Positions 50,900-62,746 of a stretch of 64,000 nt of DNA are shown piece by piece. The notes beneath the pieces are model-generated. The model was not told where the DNA came from and did not search any database. It saw nothing but the letters and a program-made list of their open reading frames with translations. The translations under genes were made by a program, and so were the position numbers. The first letter of the stretch is position 1. Every line of letters begins with the position of its first letter. The DNA is from Diadema antillarum (Eukaryota). The stretch is from positions 3,348,001 to 3,412,000 of the forward strand of contig NW_027271598.1 in NCBI RefSeq assembly GCF_040938485.1, written 5' to 3'.

Positions 50900-51474
50900 G
50901 TGTCAAAGGTCAGTCAAGGAATACACCATCAAATGCATTCACACAATCCTTCGCTCTTTAAATCCTAGTCAGATATGGAATATTGTAACCGATATGCGAT
51001 AAAGATGGTGCACATTATTAAGTATGCTTCAAGAAATGCTTCAAAAAAATCAATTATGAATCTTTACCTTTTATATGCTTGTAGCGCTCTAAAGGCATTT
51101 TTTTTTAATTACCTGAATACATGCAAGATATTACTAGCAGAAGTCTGAGATCAAAACATGAGGGCCAACACAAACATGATAGATGTGGGACTAAATATGA
51201 GCAATTAGTATGGTGATGTACCATAGTTATGACCAGTGTAACAATTAAGCATGATTTTACACGGTGGCTGTACAGACAGTTGTGTGTGTGTGTGTGTCGG
51301 GGGGGGGGGGGGGGGTGGAGGGGGCTCTGGATAGGGATGAAACTCATGCTTGTATGGGTCAAGGGTCAATGCATCTGCCCATTAACCACCCCACCCCCAC
51401 TTCATTCAAACAGAGTTCTAAAGTAAGGTTATTTGATAATCAAATTGTTTGCTGGAATAACATGAAAAGGATAT
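50900..51474 (-). other. U12-type (minor spliceosome) AT-AC intron of TRAPPC2
   Basis: 5' end ATATCCTTTT at 51474, branch site TTCCTTGAC at 50921-50913, 3' end AC at 50901-50900, no long pyrimidine tract. Splicing here restores VTAG-R-MRF in frame. Confidence 0.95.
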
Positions 51475-51536
51475 TTCCTGCAGTGACAAATGCCGACACA
51501 AACCACTCGTTAAACTTGTCCACTGTCTTGAGGTAC
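51475..51536 (-). CDS. TRAPPC2: TRAPPC2, coding exon 3
   Basis: ATAG|G TAC CTC AAG; [20 protein letters not shown]; ends at the AT-AC donor. Confidence 0.95.
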
Positions 51537-52088
51537 CTATGAAAACAAACACAAAAAATGAATGAAAGAGTCATAAAGTATTAGAGTGTTTTCAAATGAC
51601 TGCTGCAAAACCCATTCTTACTGAACAATATGACGGAAATTTGTATATATCATTTACAATTGTAATACTGCATTTACAAGGTTTAATACTGCATTTACAA
51701 GGTTACATGGCATTCACACTCAGTCATTCTGCTGTTGTATGGTAAAAATCTGAACAAGAAAGGAATGGAAAGAATCAAATACGGTACCACAAAAAAAAAA
51801 AAATGCTTGTGAAGCATCCATTTGTTTGTATGCTGACAATGTGACATTGTTAAAAGCATTCAATTCTGAAGATCAATTTCGACTCCTGGAATTCAACAGT
51901 CAGCTTACACACTGTACCTATATGAAATGGAACTACACTACCACTGAAAAGAAATTTGACATTTAACAAAAATAAATAACAGCAGAGAATAGAGTTTGAG
52001 CATGGTCCAAAAGTGAACCACTACACGTCACACAACAGTACGTAGCCGGGCCTTTCTGCCCCAAATCTGCAGACTTTGATGGACTCAC

Positions 52089-52174
52089 ATGTTGGACGTT
52101 GTCCACATCTGTTCGTCTACCATATCCAGGGCAGCGTGGGCTATGAACTGATTCAAATGCCTGTGATCATCTTT
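52089..52174 (-). CDS. TRAPPC2: TRAPPC2, coding exon 2
   Basis: TTGCAG|AAA GAT GAT CAC; [28 protein letters not shown]; donor AT|GTGAGT. Confidence 0.95.
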
Positions 52175-52411
52175 CTGCAATTGCCAAAGAAATTCACATA
52201 ATAAACATGAGCCATACTTCCATTAAATCATAATTTGTACACGTGCATTACCAAAATACAACTTGATATTGCTATGCCCATATTTCTCCACAGAAATGAA
52301 GATGCAGTGTTTTTTGCTGTTTTTTTCAAAATATACTTGTGCATTGCAACTGTCCATTGCTAAACAGATGGATAACGGTTCATAGTTATCAAATCTGTGT
52401 TACAACTTATT

Positions 52412-52753
52412 GGCCCGAATTCACGAAGGTGGTACAAATGAAACCATGGTTTAAACCATGGACAAAAACCATGGAGCGCCAAGTGTCGCACGGAATATTT
52501 CGTTATGAAATTGGTCATTTCGTCGACAAAATTACTGTTTCATTAACGAAATTATCATTTCGTGGATGAAATGTTCATTTAGTTACAAAATGTTGTCATT
52601 TTGTTACAAAATAATCATTTCATTGACGAGATGACTGATTTCGTAACGACATATACATTCCATGCGACACTTGGCGCTCCATGGTTTTTGTCCATGGTTT
52701 AAAAAATGGTTTAAACCATGGTTTCATTTGTACCACCTTCGTGAATTCGGGCC
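52412..52753. mobile_element. Foldback MITE (GGCCCGAATTCACGAAGGTGGTACAAATGAAACCATGG TIRs) in TRAPPC2 intron 1
   Basis: Long near-perfect TIRs; no clean TSD; GGCC termini suggest PIF/Harbinger. Confidence 0.85.
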
Positions 52754-52907
52754 TATCTGTACAAAATGTTAAAGAAATTTTCTTTTGCAGAGAAATTGCA
52801 TTTTATGGCAAAACTAACAAAGAAGAGAATAGCCCTAAATAAAAATAAAAATACCGCCCGGTGATTTCTAGGTTGTCAGAATGCCAAGCATGCATTCTAA
52901 TACTCAC

Positions 52908-53003
52908 CTTTGCATCTGCTGCTTTTGATTGGCTGTTGTGCTCCATTTCAAAGATGGGGTTGTCGTGGTGACCAACAATAACAAAGTAGTAGTTCCCAGA
53001 CAT
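52908..53003 (-). CDS. TRAPPC2: TRAPPC2, coding exon 1
   Basis: [22 protein letters not shown]..., the sedlin N-terminus; donor AAG|GTGAGT. Spliced protein 142 aa. Confidence 0.95.
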
Positions 53004-53331
53004 CGCTTCTCCGGTCAGGTTTGTCTTAGTTCACAAAATAGCGCAACGATCTTGGCTCTCACACTAGTACATCCAGAACAGTTGTCCTGTGGAACAATGA
53101 ACATCAGAGAAAAGACATCATTCACTCAATGCCCCCTGCACAAATCATTCATGCCCCATCATGCAACAGGCAAGATTTTTAGATAAGACTACAAACTCTT
53201 CTGTACTGTAGCATGTATACTCACTGACAAAAATACACTTTGCAACAGATGTCAATTAAGCCATTGCCGATTAGTACAGTGTATTTTTAATTGCATTGTC
53301 TCAACATCCAACATCATTATTCTCACGTGTC

Positions 53332-53483
53332 TAGTGGCGGATCCAGGGGGGAGCGCATTGGGCACACGCCCCCCTTTATTTTTTGCTAAAACAAAAGAAA
53401 TCAAAAGGAAAAAATGGGGGTGCATGCCCCCTTTAATTTTGTAGAGGCGCCCCCTCTTTTCGGAACTCCTGGATCCGCCCCTG
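53332..53483. mobile_element. hAT MITE
   Basis: TAGTGGCGGATCCAGG / CCTGGATCCGCCCCTG; degenerate 8-bp TSD CACGTGTC / CATGTCTC. Confidence 0.75.
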
Positions 53484-54192
53484 CATGTCTCTGACAATAG
53501 TGCTCTGATGAATGCTTCTTTACACTTGTATTAGAATAAGAATGACTTAAAACTTGTCTCACTCTAACACTACAGTAACAACCACCTCTCTGACAAGCGC
53601 ACATCAGTCGCTTGTTCATCTCTCTTTACAGCCTACAGTACAGGTTCAAAGTTGTGGAATTATTATGGAATATTCAGTTCAATTGCTGCAGTAGTACTGC
53701 TAAAATGTTTTATCAAACTTCCAAGGTGCGTAATGATTAACGCCTCAACCAATTAAAAGTGATTCGTAATGTTGACCAAAATTATGTATCGAAATGCCTT
53801 GTTTGAACTTAAGTCTTTACATTTTAGTGTAGTCCGACCAGACTTTGGTCAACGCGGAATCCCCTCCCATATAAGTTCAAAAATGATTTTAAAAAACTCC
53901 TCCGGACAGATGGATTTTTCTGTTTATTGCAGTTTAATTTATGCATTGACAAAGCAGCATGCACACCTGGCTCATTGCATAAGTTAACCCATTGAAAGTG
54001 CTTTTATTCTTCTTAGAAAGCACCTCCCAGTTATGGTCGCCATATAAAGTTACAGTGCAGTGCTTTGAAGTCGGATTCATCCAATCTCGTGAACTGAAAT
54101 TCAACCCCCGGGCCGCGGTACCAATTGGACTTCTGTTGGAGCTTCAAGCTCCTTGCCAGTACACACCCCCAGAGCAGAGCCCCGATGCCCCG

Positions 54193-56488
54193 GGGGGTGT
54201 TTCACAAAGATTTAAGTTTGACTTAACTCATGCGTAAATCCCCAAACCCTGCGTAAATCCCTAAGTCCTGCGTAAATTTACGCAGGACTTTGAATCCTGT
54301 TTCACAAAGCTTAAGTCATGCGTAAGTCCCACCAAGTCCTGCGTAACTCTACGCATGGCCTGAAGCCATGCGTAGAGTCAGACTTAAATTCCAAAATGGG
54401 AAGTTCAAAAGCATAATCAACTCCTAATATTCATTAATTTCTTCCACTTTATCTTATCCTGAGTGAGATGGCAGTATTTTTAACAAACTAGAGAATCACT
54501 AGTTTCGTAGAGGGTCTACTCCTACACTATTCACTGAACAATGGTCCAAATTAAAAATAGTCATAAAAATAGATCCCTACCTACAAATGTACTGGTAGTT
54601 TGAACTGTTAAGTTAAACCAAAATTTTAGCTCATAAAGAGCTATATAATCTACATGTATCTGGACTTTGGAAATTAATTATATTTCTACCAATCCTTTCT
54701 TACCTGTGTTATCTTCTTAGCTGCTTACCCATGAATATTAATGCATGCCTATCCATTATACTATAGATGTCATGCATTCACAACAAATTAGAAAAACCCA
54801 ACAAATTAGTTAGACCTATACCTGGTACTTGTTAGAAATATCATACCTCTTGTGTACAGGACAGGGCTGTGTCTATCTACACTAACTGGTTAGACCGATA
54901 AATTTGTCTCTTGTTTGGTAGCCTAATTGTATCTGTACAGTCTGTAATACGGTCGACTGCATTAGCGACCGATATACAATTAACAAGAGGCTACCCAACA
55001 AGAGGCAGATTTATTGGTCTACACCCCTACACATGACTGCCAATGAAATTAGCCAAGTTCCATTTCTACGGTACCAGTTACATCTTAATGAATGCTTTTT
55101 TTTTTCCTGGAAGCAAAAAACAAAACAAAATAAGACATAACAACCCCCCCCCCCCCCCAAGCATTTTGTGTCAGTTAGAGGAAACGGTTAGCCAATAGAC
55201 AGTCACCTCTGCCTCGCATCAAAGGCTACAGTATTAAACGTATACACGGAAAACGTTAGAGGTCTAGTAGTTTCTATGCCTAATCTTGATTGATGCAGTT
55301 CTCAAACACATTCCAAAATCCGAAAATGCATAAATTCATCAATTACTTTCCAATTCAACTCAGGGCCCAGCAATTGGACTTTAAAATTCGACCAATTGAT
55401 AGCCATAGCTATGATTTATTATGGTTCTAACTAACCTTATACATGCAGTCTAGGGCAATCATGCACTTTGTTTTCTTCAAAATCATGAAGATGTGGCACT
55501 GTGCCCCTATCCTGATTAATAACACAGTGCACAGACTCTACACTAACTGTTAGGCATAGGCATGTTTAATTGATAGTCATACTAATACTAGAACTGATAA
55601 GAGTTTATATGTAGACATAACTATACACAGCCCAGTTATTCGCACATTGTATTAACAGCGTCTGGTCGGGCTAATGTAGACATTGTCTAATGACATGATA
55701 TTACTAATGAGCAGACTCTACAAATTACAATACAAGTACTGGTACAACACACACAGAGTTCATAATATTCAGTCCCTTCCTAACCATGCTAACCTTCGAT
55801 GAATCATCTCTTGCTCAAATTACATAATTTCAAGGACCTACCTAATGACTAACACTTAACAGTAGTAACAGATTAAGCTACACTCACTTCTGTAGTTACG
55901 ACCAACCCTAGCTAGTTGGAAAAGAAAACTTCTCTTCGTGTGCAACAAGAGGCTAGCCAGAATCCTCTTCTACCAAGGTCCACAGTTACCAATTGTGCAA
56001 TGTGAATGGTTGTACAGAATGCAGAGATCATATCATCAGTGCCAGCTAGATGCTGCGAGCTGCGCGAGCAACCCCATTCATCCTAACTTTCACACAGTCC
56101 AATACATGTGGGACTGGATTAAAGAGGCCTCATGCACAAAACATCTGTTATATCAAAATAATCATCAAACGAGCGGCTATTCATGTACAAAAGAGAAATA
56201 ATATGAGTCAGTAAATGAGCACTGTGAATAACGAATGATACAGTAATGTCATGAATCGTAGTTGCAGAAAATCAAAGCAATTTCCCTTCCAGAAATTACT
56301 CAAAAATCATCAGCAGACAACAAATGGCTAATTTGCATATTTTTGGCTCGTACATTATTATTCAAATCGAATAAGTCAGTCTTAGCCTAAGATTGACTTT
56401 GTGAAACAGACTTAAAAAGTCGCACTTAGACTAAGATTGACTAGCGCTAAGTCTGACTTACTAAGTGCGACCTTTGTGAAACAGGCCC
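54193..56488. mobile_element. 2.3-kb non-autonomous PIF/Harbinger-like element
   Basis: TIRs GGGGGTGTTTCACAAAG / CTTTGTGAAACAGGCCC (15/17); 3-bp TSD CCG on both sides; TIR core repeated internally at both ends; subterminal TGCGTA arrays; no transposase ORF. Confidence 0.75.
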
Positions 56489-56772
56489 CCGATCTCATTG
56501 CACAATCACCCACCATCACCACGCTACGGCCACACTGACTAACAACTTTACGATAATAAACATCCTTCATTTTAGACTCGTTTGTAGATCAATCAAGATA
56601 TTTAGATGGCTTCTAGGTATGCGATGCAACAAATATATTCTTAAACTAAGTTACAGAAGGATTCGCTATTTACTGTATTCCTGTGTTATTGTACTGGACA
56701 CTCTGGAAATCGTAGGGCGGCCGCCGCTACGTTGCACAGGACGCGACGAGGTGTGGGCGGGCGGAGCGGGGA

Positions 56773-57014
56773 GCGTGTTTTTTTTAGACGGCACAGATTG
56801 GGGAAACTAAAAATCTATTGGGGGCCCTATCCCTAAACCTAACCCTAATCCTAACCCTAACCATCAAACCCTAACCCTAACCCTAACCCTAACCCTAACC
56901 CCAACCCTAACCCTAACCCTAACCATAACCATAACCAAAAACCCTAACCCAACGTTTTTCCCATAGGTTTAACACGCGCCATACCCCAATCTGTGCCGTC
57001 TTAAAAAAAAACGC
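56773..57014. mobile_element. MITE with 31-bp TIRs and 9-bp TSD carrying (CCCTAA)n
   Basis: TIR GCGT(G/T)T7(T/A)AGACGGCACAGATTGGGG (29/31); TSD GAGCGGGGA at 56764-56772 and 57015-57023. Confidence 0.85.
56831..56950. repeat. Interstitial telomere-type repeat (CCCTAA)n with variant units
   Basis: Direct reading: runs of CCCTAA mixed with CCATAA, CCCCAA and CCTAAT variants. Confidence 0.9.
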
Positions 57015-57249
57015 GAGCGGGGAGGCCAAATGGATGAACAGCTACAGCTGATGAACAGTATACAGCTGGCTCGCCGTAACAAACGTACACAAACGCACCG
57101 AATCCCTCTCACGCTACGTACCAGTGGGTTCCTGCATTTACACACATAACTATGGGGGTTCCTCTAGCACTAGCCAGCGCATCGGAGAATATCCTGTACC
57201 TTCATCATTGCATGCAGTGTACCATCGGTACCGGCCATGTATAGTACCA

Positions 57250-57860
57250 CCATCCAATCAGCACCCTTGATACGAGGCGCGCGCCATTGTGCCTTGCCAC
57301 CAACCAGATCCTCAAAAACACGTCCGCCAATCAATTAGTCCTTGATTTTCTTGAAAATCATTTCGATAATGGACGAAAATGATAACGAGGAATAGGTAGT
57401 AGCTTATTGCAACACTATGATTTCGAATTCATTTACCTACGGTGCATTTCTTATCATGAGTTGACTACAGCACAAAGTAACATCAATGAAGAATTTGCAT
57501 ACAAAATTGGCAGGCGAACTGATATTGATACTGTACATGCGCAATGTTTAGATTTTCGATTTTCTCGCTCATCTCAGTGGAAAATGGCAGCCAATCTGGA
57601 AATGTACGGGTGTCTACGAGAGCAATAATTACCATTCTGTTGCAGCTTCTTTCCAGGTGTTCAGAACAGTGTGTACTCGGAAATCGCTGTGAAGAGCAAG
57701 AAGGTATATTATTCAAGGCTCCCATGAATTTCATTTTCTTGATTGAGGTCTGAACTGTTCAAAACAACGAATTTAGTCAAATGGTTGTCATGGTGTTTGC
57801 AAGCGGTGGCATAGCGCCATCTTGTTCAAGTATGGCCGTCTCAAAAGGTCATGTCACTCG
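57250..57860. promoter_or_regulatory. Candidate CpG-rich bidirectional promoter (TRAPPC2 / downstream + strand gene)
   Basis: CCAAT at 57254, 57327, 57591; YY1-like AAAATGGCAGCC (57581, +) and CAAGATGGCGC (57824-57814, -); lies between divergent genes. TSSs not determinable. Confidence 0.4.
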
Positions 57861-58117
57861 TGGTGGTCTTAATTTTGGCCTCGTAGGACATTTAATTCAG
57901 GAATTTATATAGCCCCCTGGTTATGCTTTCAAATCATCGCCTAATGTCAAATTATTTAGTTGTATTTTGTTGTATTCTTTATGTTATTTGAGGTTGGACA
58001 TCTCGAATATTATTCGCCTGACATCTGCTGGCGGCTGTTGAGACTGATGTTGTTCTGATGTAATGATGCGAGCAGTATAGATTCCATTCAGGCTCTTCTG
58101 CTATCCCCTCTTGAGTA

Positions 58118-58119
<2 letters not shown>

Positions 58120-58151
<32 letters not shown>
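58120..58151. repeat. (GT)n microsatellite
   Basis: Direct reading. Confidence 0.95.
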
Positions 58152-58153
<2 letters not shown>

Positions 58154-59076
58154 GCGGAGATTAACTGTTAGTGTTAGAATCTTGTGGTATTAAAAGTTTA
58201 ATTGCAAATTGTGCATACCGCCTGGTTACGTGGTAGTGTACAAGTAATACTGCAATTGCGGTGAGGCTCAGGCATAAGGACGTGACTGATTTTAAAAAAA
58301 AAAGGACAAAAAGTAGTAGCTACAAGTGTAGATGAGGAAAACTGGAGTGACTCGATTCGCCTAAAAATCTGCATCTCCTCATGGGGTGGGGGGGGGGGGG
58401 GGGCTCCTGCTCATAAGACACTCTCCCCTTCGTATGGAATATAACAAGTTACATTGTCATTGTATGAGCACCCCTGCCCTGGACAGCCCGGAATGCTCAG
58501 GAGGCCTCCTCTTCACTTGTCATCCATCGCACATCTGACATAGACAGCAGCCACATACATGTACAGAGCTACCAAGTCTCACGCATTTAAAAAAAGGTCC
58601 GTCTCAAGATCTCACGCATGGAACCCATTTTTCTCGCGCATCGGGACCATAGCTCAAAAGATTAAAGTGATAATTGCAGTCGAAGGTATATTTCCCTTTT
58701 GTCTTTAAAGATAAGTAAAAAATAGTCACAGTTTACGTTTGTAAGTATGCACCAGGTCACACCATTAACTACCTATAACAGCTTAAAAAAAACAAAAACA
58801 TAGAGACTCAAGAAATTGCCACAAATTTGCGTGGTGATTTTTTGTTAGAAACTAGAGTCTACACATGTCCACTCTCCATGATGAAAAGAAGAAAAACATT
58901 CTGTCTGTTCATTGTGACAAAGATCAAGTTTTAGTGGGTTCACTCAATGCGGGACAGCCACCTTATTGGCCTGATCTGACTCAAAAAGTTTTTCTGCGGC
59001 TGTCGCCTCTCCACTCAAAAATCAGTGCCGTGAAACTAAAGTCTGCATTTCTGACATTATTTACAAATATTCTTGA

Positions 59077-59900
59077 GGGCAATTCCGCAGTTAGGAGGAC
59101 ATGACATCAATGCACAAAATTGAAAAAATGTGCCTCTTTGTCTTAATCTTTGATTTGGGTATTTCTAATACCATGGATATTCAGAAATCATGAAGGTCTT
59201 TCAAATTCAGTAGATTTTATTTTTCTTAAAATATTCATTGACTTTGTTAGATCTAAAACCATCGTTAGAAATGTACATGTGGGACTGGGGACCATTAAAA
59301 ATCACATAAATGCAAATTACAGTGAGTTCCTTGGATATTTTTTTTCCTCCATGTTTTGCTAAAGGGAAAAAGATGAATAAATCTAAATATTTTCTGAGTT
59401 CATGTGATATTTCATCAATTACAAAGGGTGAAATGATCTGCAGAATTACTACCAACAAATGTAACATTAACTGTAATGTTACTACATGGTGTAACCATGC
59501 TTTTGGGGGTCTAGTTAAAAAATATTGTCAGTCAAACTGCTGAAAATATTTAAGGGAACATATGTTATGATGCAATAATTGAAATTAATGCAACACTTTG
59601 TTTGTACATAAATAACTTACATTTTTGCACACTTTTTGTCACAAGACATTGATGTTTTAGTACATTTCCTTTTTAGGTAATGTTACTAACCAATCCTTTA
59701 AGTTGCGATGGCAACTCAAATATTTGGTGAATTGTATTCATTCTTTTATACATCATAAACCTGGGAAGGATGAACATGCTTTTAACATGATTTTGACTTG
59801 AAATGATTAAATGGTGATTAAGTAGTAAAAATGAATATGAAAATTAGTAATTTTTAATTTGTAGATGAAATGTAACATTACTAAAACCACGGAATTGCCC
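59077..59900. mobile_element. TTAA-flanked MITE
   Basis: TTGA|GGGCAATTCCGCAGTT ... AACCACGGAATTGCCC|TTAA. Confidence 0.65.
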
Positions 59901-60498
59901 TTAAAAGAGAAATATAAAAAAATCAGAACTAACCTGATCTTGTGCAAGTAGGATCTATTCCAAATTACTCTTCTGCACTGATAATAGAGTAGCTGGGTAC
60001 TCGAATTTGTAAGCAAACTATTCACTTTGTAAGTATTTTGGGTTCACTTTCTACATGAGTTTGGCTGTCCACCAGCCTTTGGGCACCATTTGTGCAAGCA
60101 TCCCGCGGCATCCAGCACAGACAGCACATGTTTGATTTTCTCAGAGACTTTTTCCAGTCTCCAGCTGGTTGTGGAGACTAATTTTATTGGCGAGGTCTCC
60201 AAGACATCTCTGTAATTTTGTGGAGACCCATTGGCGACCTGCCAGAGATGTTGCAGAAATGTCTCCGTGACTGAGAAGACATCTCAGAGATGTTGCTGCA
60301 ACATCTCTGTGACTTTGGGGCAAATAAATTATACCCTTGTTTGGAGAGGTCTCTGAAGTCGCCTCGAAGTCACTTTCTAGATGAGAGCGCAAGCCAATTT
60401 TTTGTCAAGTTACGAGTTGCACAAGTAGTGGTGACTCAGTCATGGCAGTCACTAAGTCTACACTGAGTGAGATATGCCCTTAACAGAAATTTGACTTG

Positions 60499-60503
60499 TA
60501 TTA

Positions 60504-60543
<40 letters not shown>

Positions 60544-60890
60544 CGTTATTATTGTTATTATTATTATAATCATAATTATTATTATAATCATTATTATTAT
60601 AGATTTATCGGGGTCGCACTTAACTTTTTTTTTAACTAGCCAGGCGGACTACTTAGAATCAATTTTGATACTGAAGCGATTTTTTGGCTAGCCAGACGGA
60701 CTAGTAACTTCAGAATTTTATGATTTTTAGCTAGTCCGATGTGATTTTGGGTGGCCAATGGCCAGCGGACCATCGCCAATTTCGACCCTTGATAATTATT
60801 ATTATTATAATCATAATTATTATTATTATTGTTATTATTATTGTTGTTGTTGTTGTTATTATTATTATTATTTTCATTATCGTTATTATT
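60499..60890. repeat. (ATT)n/(GTT)n microsatellite split by the MITE
   Basis: Direct reading, 60499-60600 and 60793-60890. Confidence 0.9.
60609..60791. mobile_element. hAT-like MITE inside an (ATT)n microsatellite
   Basis: CGGGGTCGCACTT / AATTTCGACCCTTG; flanks AGATTTAT / ATAATTAT (6/8). Confidence 0.55.
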
Positions 60891-61036
60891 TAACTTCCAA
60901 AGTGTTTAGCTTATGCCAGAATCCATTTTGTTCACAAGGTAAAACAAAAACAAAACAAAAACAAAACAAAAACTAAAAAATTACGTGGTCTATATATGAG
61001 AAACAGGTAGCATCTTTCATATTTGAAATATCTTAT

Positions 61037-61248
61037 ACAAAGCAAGGAATTTTCGTGGCATGAAATTTTCAGGGGTTGGAACCAACAGCTTTCTTTGCAA
61101 CATGAAATTTTTGCAAATTGCCTCTGGCATCCAATGCATTGTAGTGTAAACATGAATTTTTGCGTGCATTTTAATTTCGCAGATCTGTGCTCTCGCAAAA
61201 CTCACATTTTCTGGTTTAGAAAATTCAAGAAATTTTCAGGTTTTACAG
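61037..61248. mobile_element. Degenerate TA-flanked MITE (TTTTACAG|TA family)
   Basis: Ends AAATTTTCAGGTTTTACAG|TA; interior ATTTTCGTGGCATGAAATTTT motifs. Confidence 0.55.
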
Positions 61249-61888
61249 TAAAGTTAGCCTTAGTGTTTTTTTTGTGTGTGTTTGTTTGTTTTTTGTTTTT
61301 TTTTTGTTTTGTTTTTTACTAGGAGAGCTGTCTCACAAGTGTACAATGGAGTATTCTTTCATTCCAGTCTATTTTCCTTGTGACCTGTCATTGAAAATAA
61401 CATTCTTGGTATGGGCCCCTTAGCCTTCATACTTTCTTGGCTGGTTGCACATGAACATTGTGGGTAATAGTAAAGGAAGGTTTAGAAATCTTGATAATCA
61501 CTTGTACTTGTCATGATGAGTAACAAGGAACCAAAGCTGTTCTGTGGTTGTGCTTTGTTGTGTCATGTTTCTTGAAAAATCATGCATAAATTTTGCGAAC
61601 AGAAACCCTGTCCCAACCCGACTCGTCACGCCTGTCACTTCGCAACAGCCCTTTTGCTGAAAATGATCATGCTGCTGTGATTGCTCATGTCTACCTGCTG
61701 TGTGGATGGGAAGACCTATAATTGCTATGGGTGTAGAATACAGGTCAAATTAAAGATTGAGATAATCAAGAGACTATTGTGAAACAAGTTTGTCCATTTC
61801 TCGAGAATTGTTTCTGAATTCAGATACATGTAGGAGAGCAAATGTCACAGAATGTGTTAATATTCACACTGTCTGAAAATTTTATTAA

Positions 61889-62278
61889 AGGGATGGTACA
61901 GTATTGGTGGAGATGAGAATTGGGCTTTCAACTTTTTGCGAGATACCAAGAAAACACTTATGATATAGTACAGAGCATACCATTTTAAGAGGAATTAAAA
62001 GTTTATTTGATGAAAATCGGGTTTGGAATGACTGAAACATCCAAAAACAAAGTAAAACAAAGCAATCGTAATAAAGTGTGGATCCCACACTTTATTTGAA
62101 TCGCTCTTTTTTGGATACACGTGTATCTCAGCCATTTCAAAACCAATTTTCATCAAATAAACGTTGAATTCCTCATAGAATTACATGCTCTTTCATATTT
62201 CATAAGAGGTTTCTCATTATCTCACCAAAAAATGTTAGAAACCTGAAATGAGGTCTCAACCAAAACTGTACGATCCCT
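61889..62278. mobile_element. Kolobok-like foldback MITE (TTAA TSD)
   Basis: TTAA|AGGGATGGTACAGTATTGGT ... ACCAAAACTGTACGATCCCT|TTAA. Confidence 0.8.
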
Positions 62279-62746
62279 TTAAAGGCATAAACTGTATAAA
62301 GATCCAGAATTTTTTTTCCTGTTTTAGTTTTGGAATGCCATCAATATAATTGTGTTTACTCTAAACACAATAGAAGGTAATTGCATACTGATAGAAGAAA
62401 CCCCCAACAAAAGTGTAATAGTACCCGCAATAGTTGCAAGATGCAATTTTATCGTACTCACAGTAATTGTCTCTGTGTAAATATTGTATTGTTTCTGAAA
62501 TAGAATCCTGTCTGCTACTTGCGCTATCATAAAAATCATAAGAGTAATTGCCTCTTGGCCCAAACATACATGTCACATTGTATTTTCAAGTCGGTTTGAA
62601 TTACAAAACTGATTACGTACATACACTGTATATACATGTACCAAGGGAGAACTCGTACATAAGTGTACACAATGCAGTCCAAAAAGTTTATTCTTTACAC
62701 ACTTTTAAACTCTGCCCTGCCTATACATTGTATTTTATGTGACAGT

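Noticed and set aside
52480-52680. CRISPR-like or regular repeat array
   Set aside because: Degenerate units with no unique spacers inside a eukaryotic MITE.
56831-56950. Chromosome end or ancestral fusion site
   Set aside because: The repeat is short, in one orientation, and enclosed by TIRs and a 9-bp TSD, with genes on both sides.
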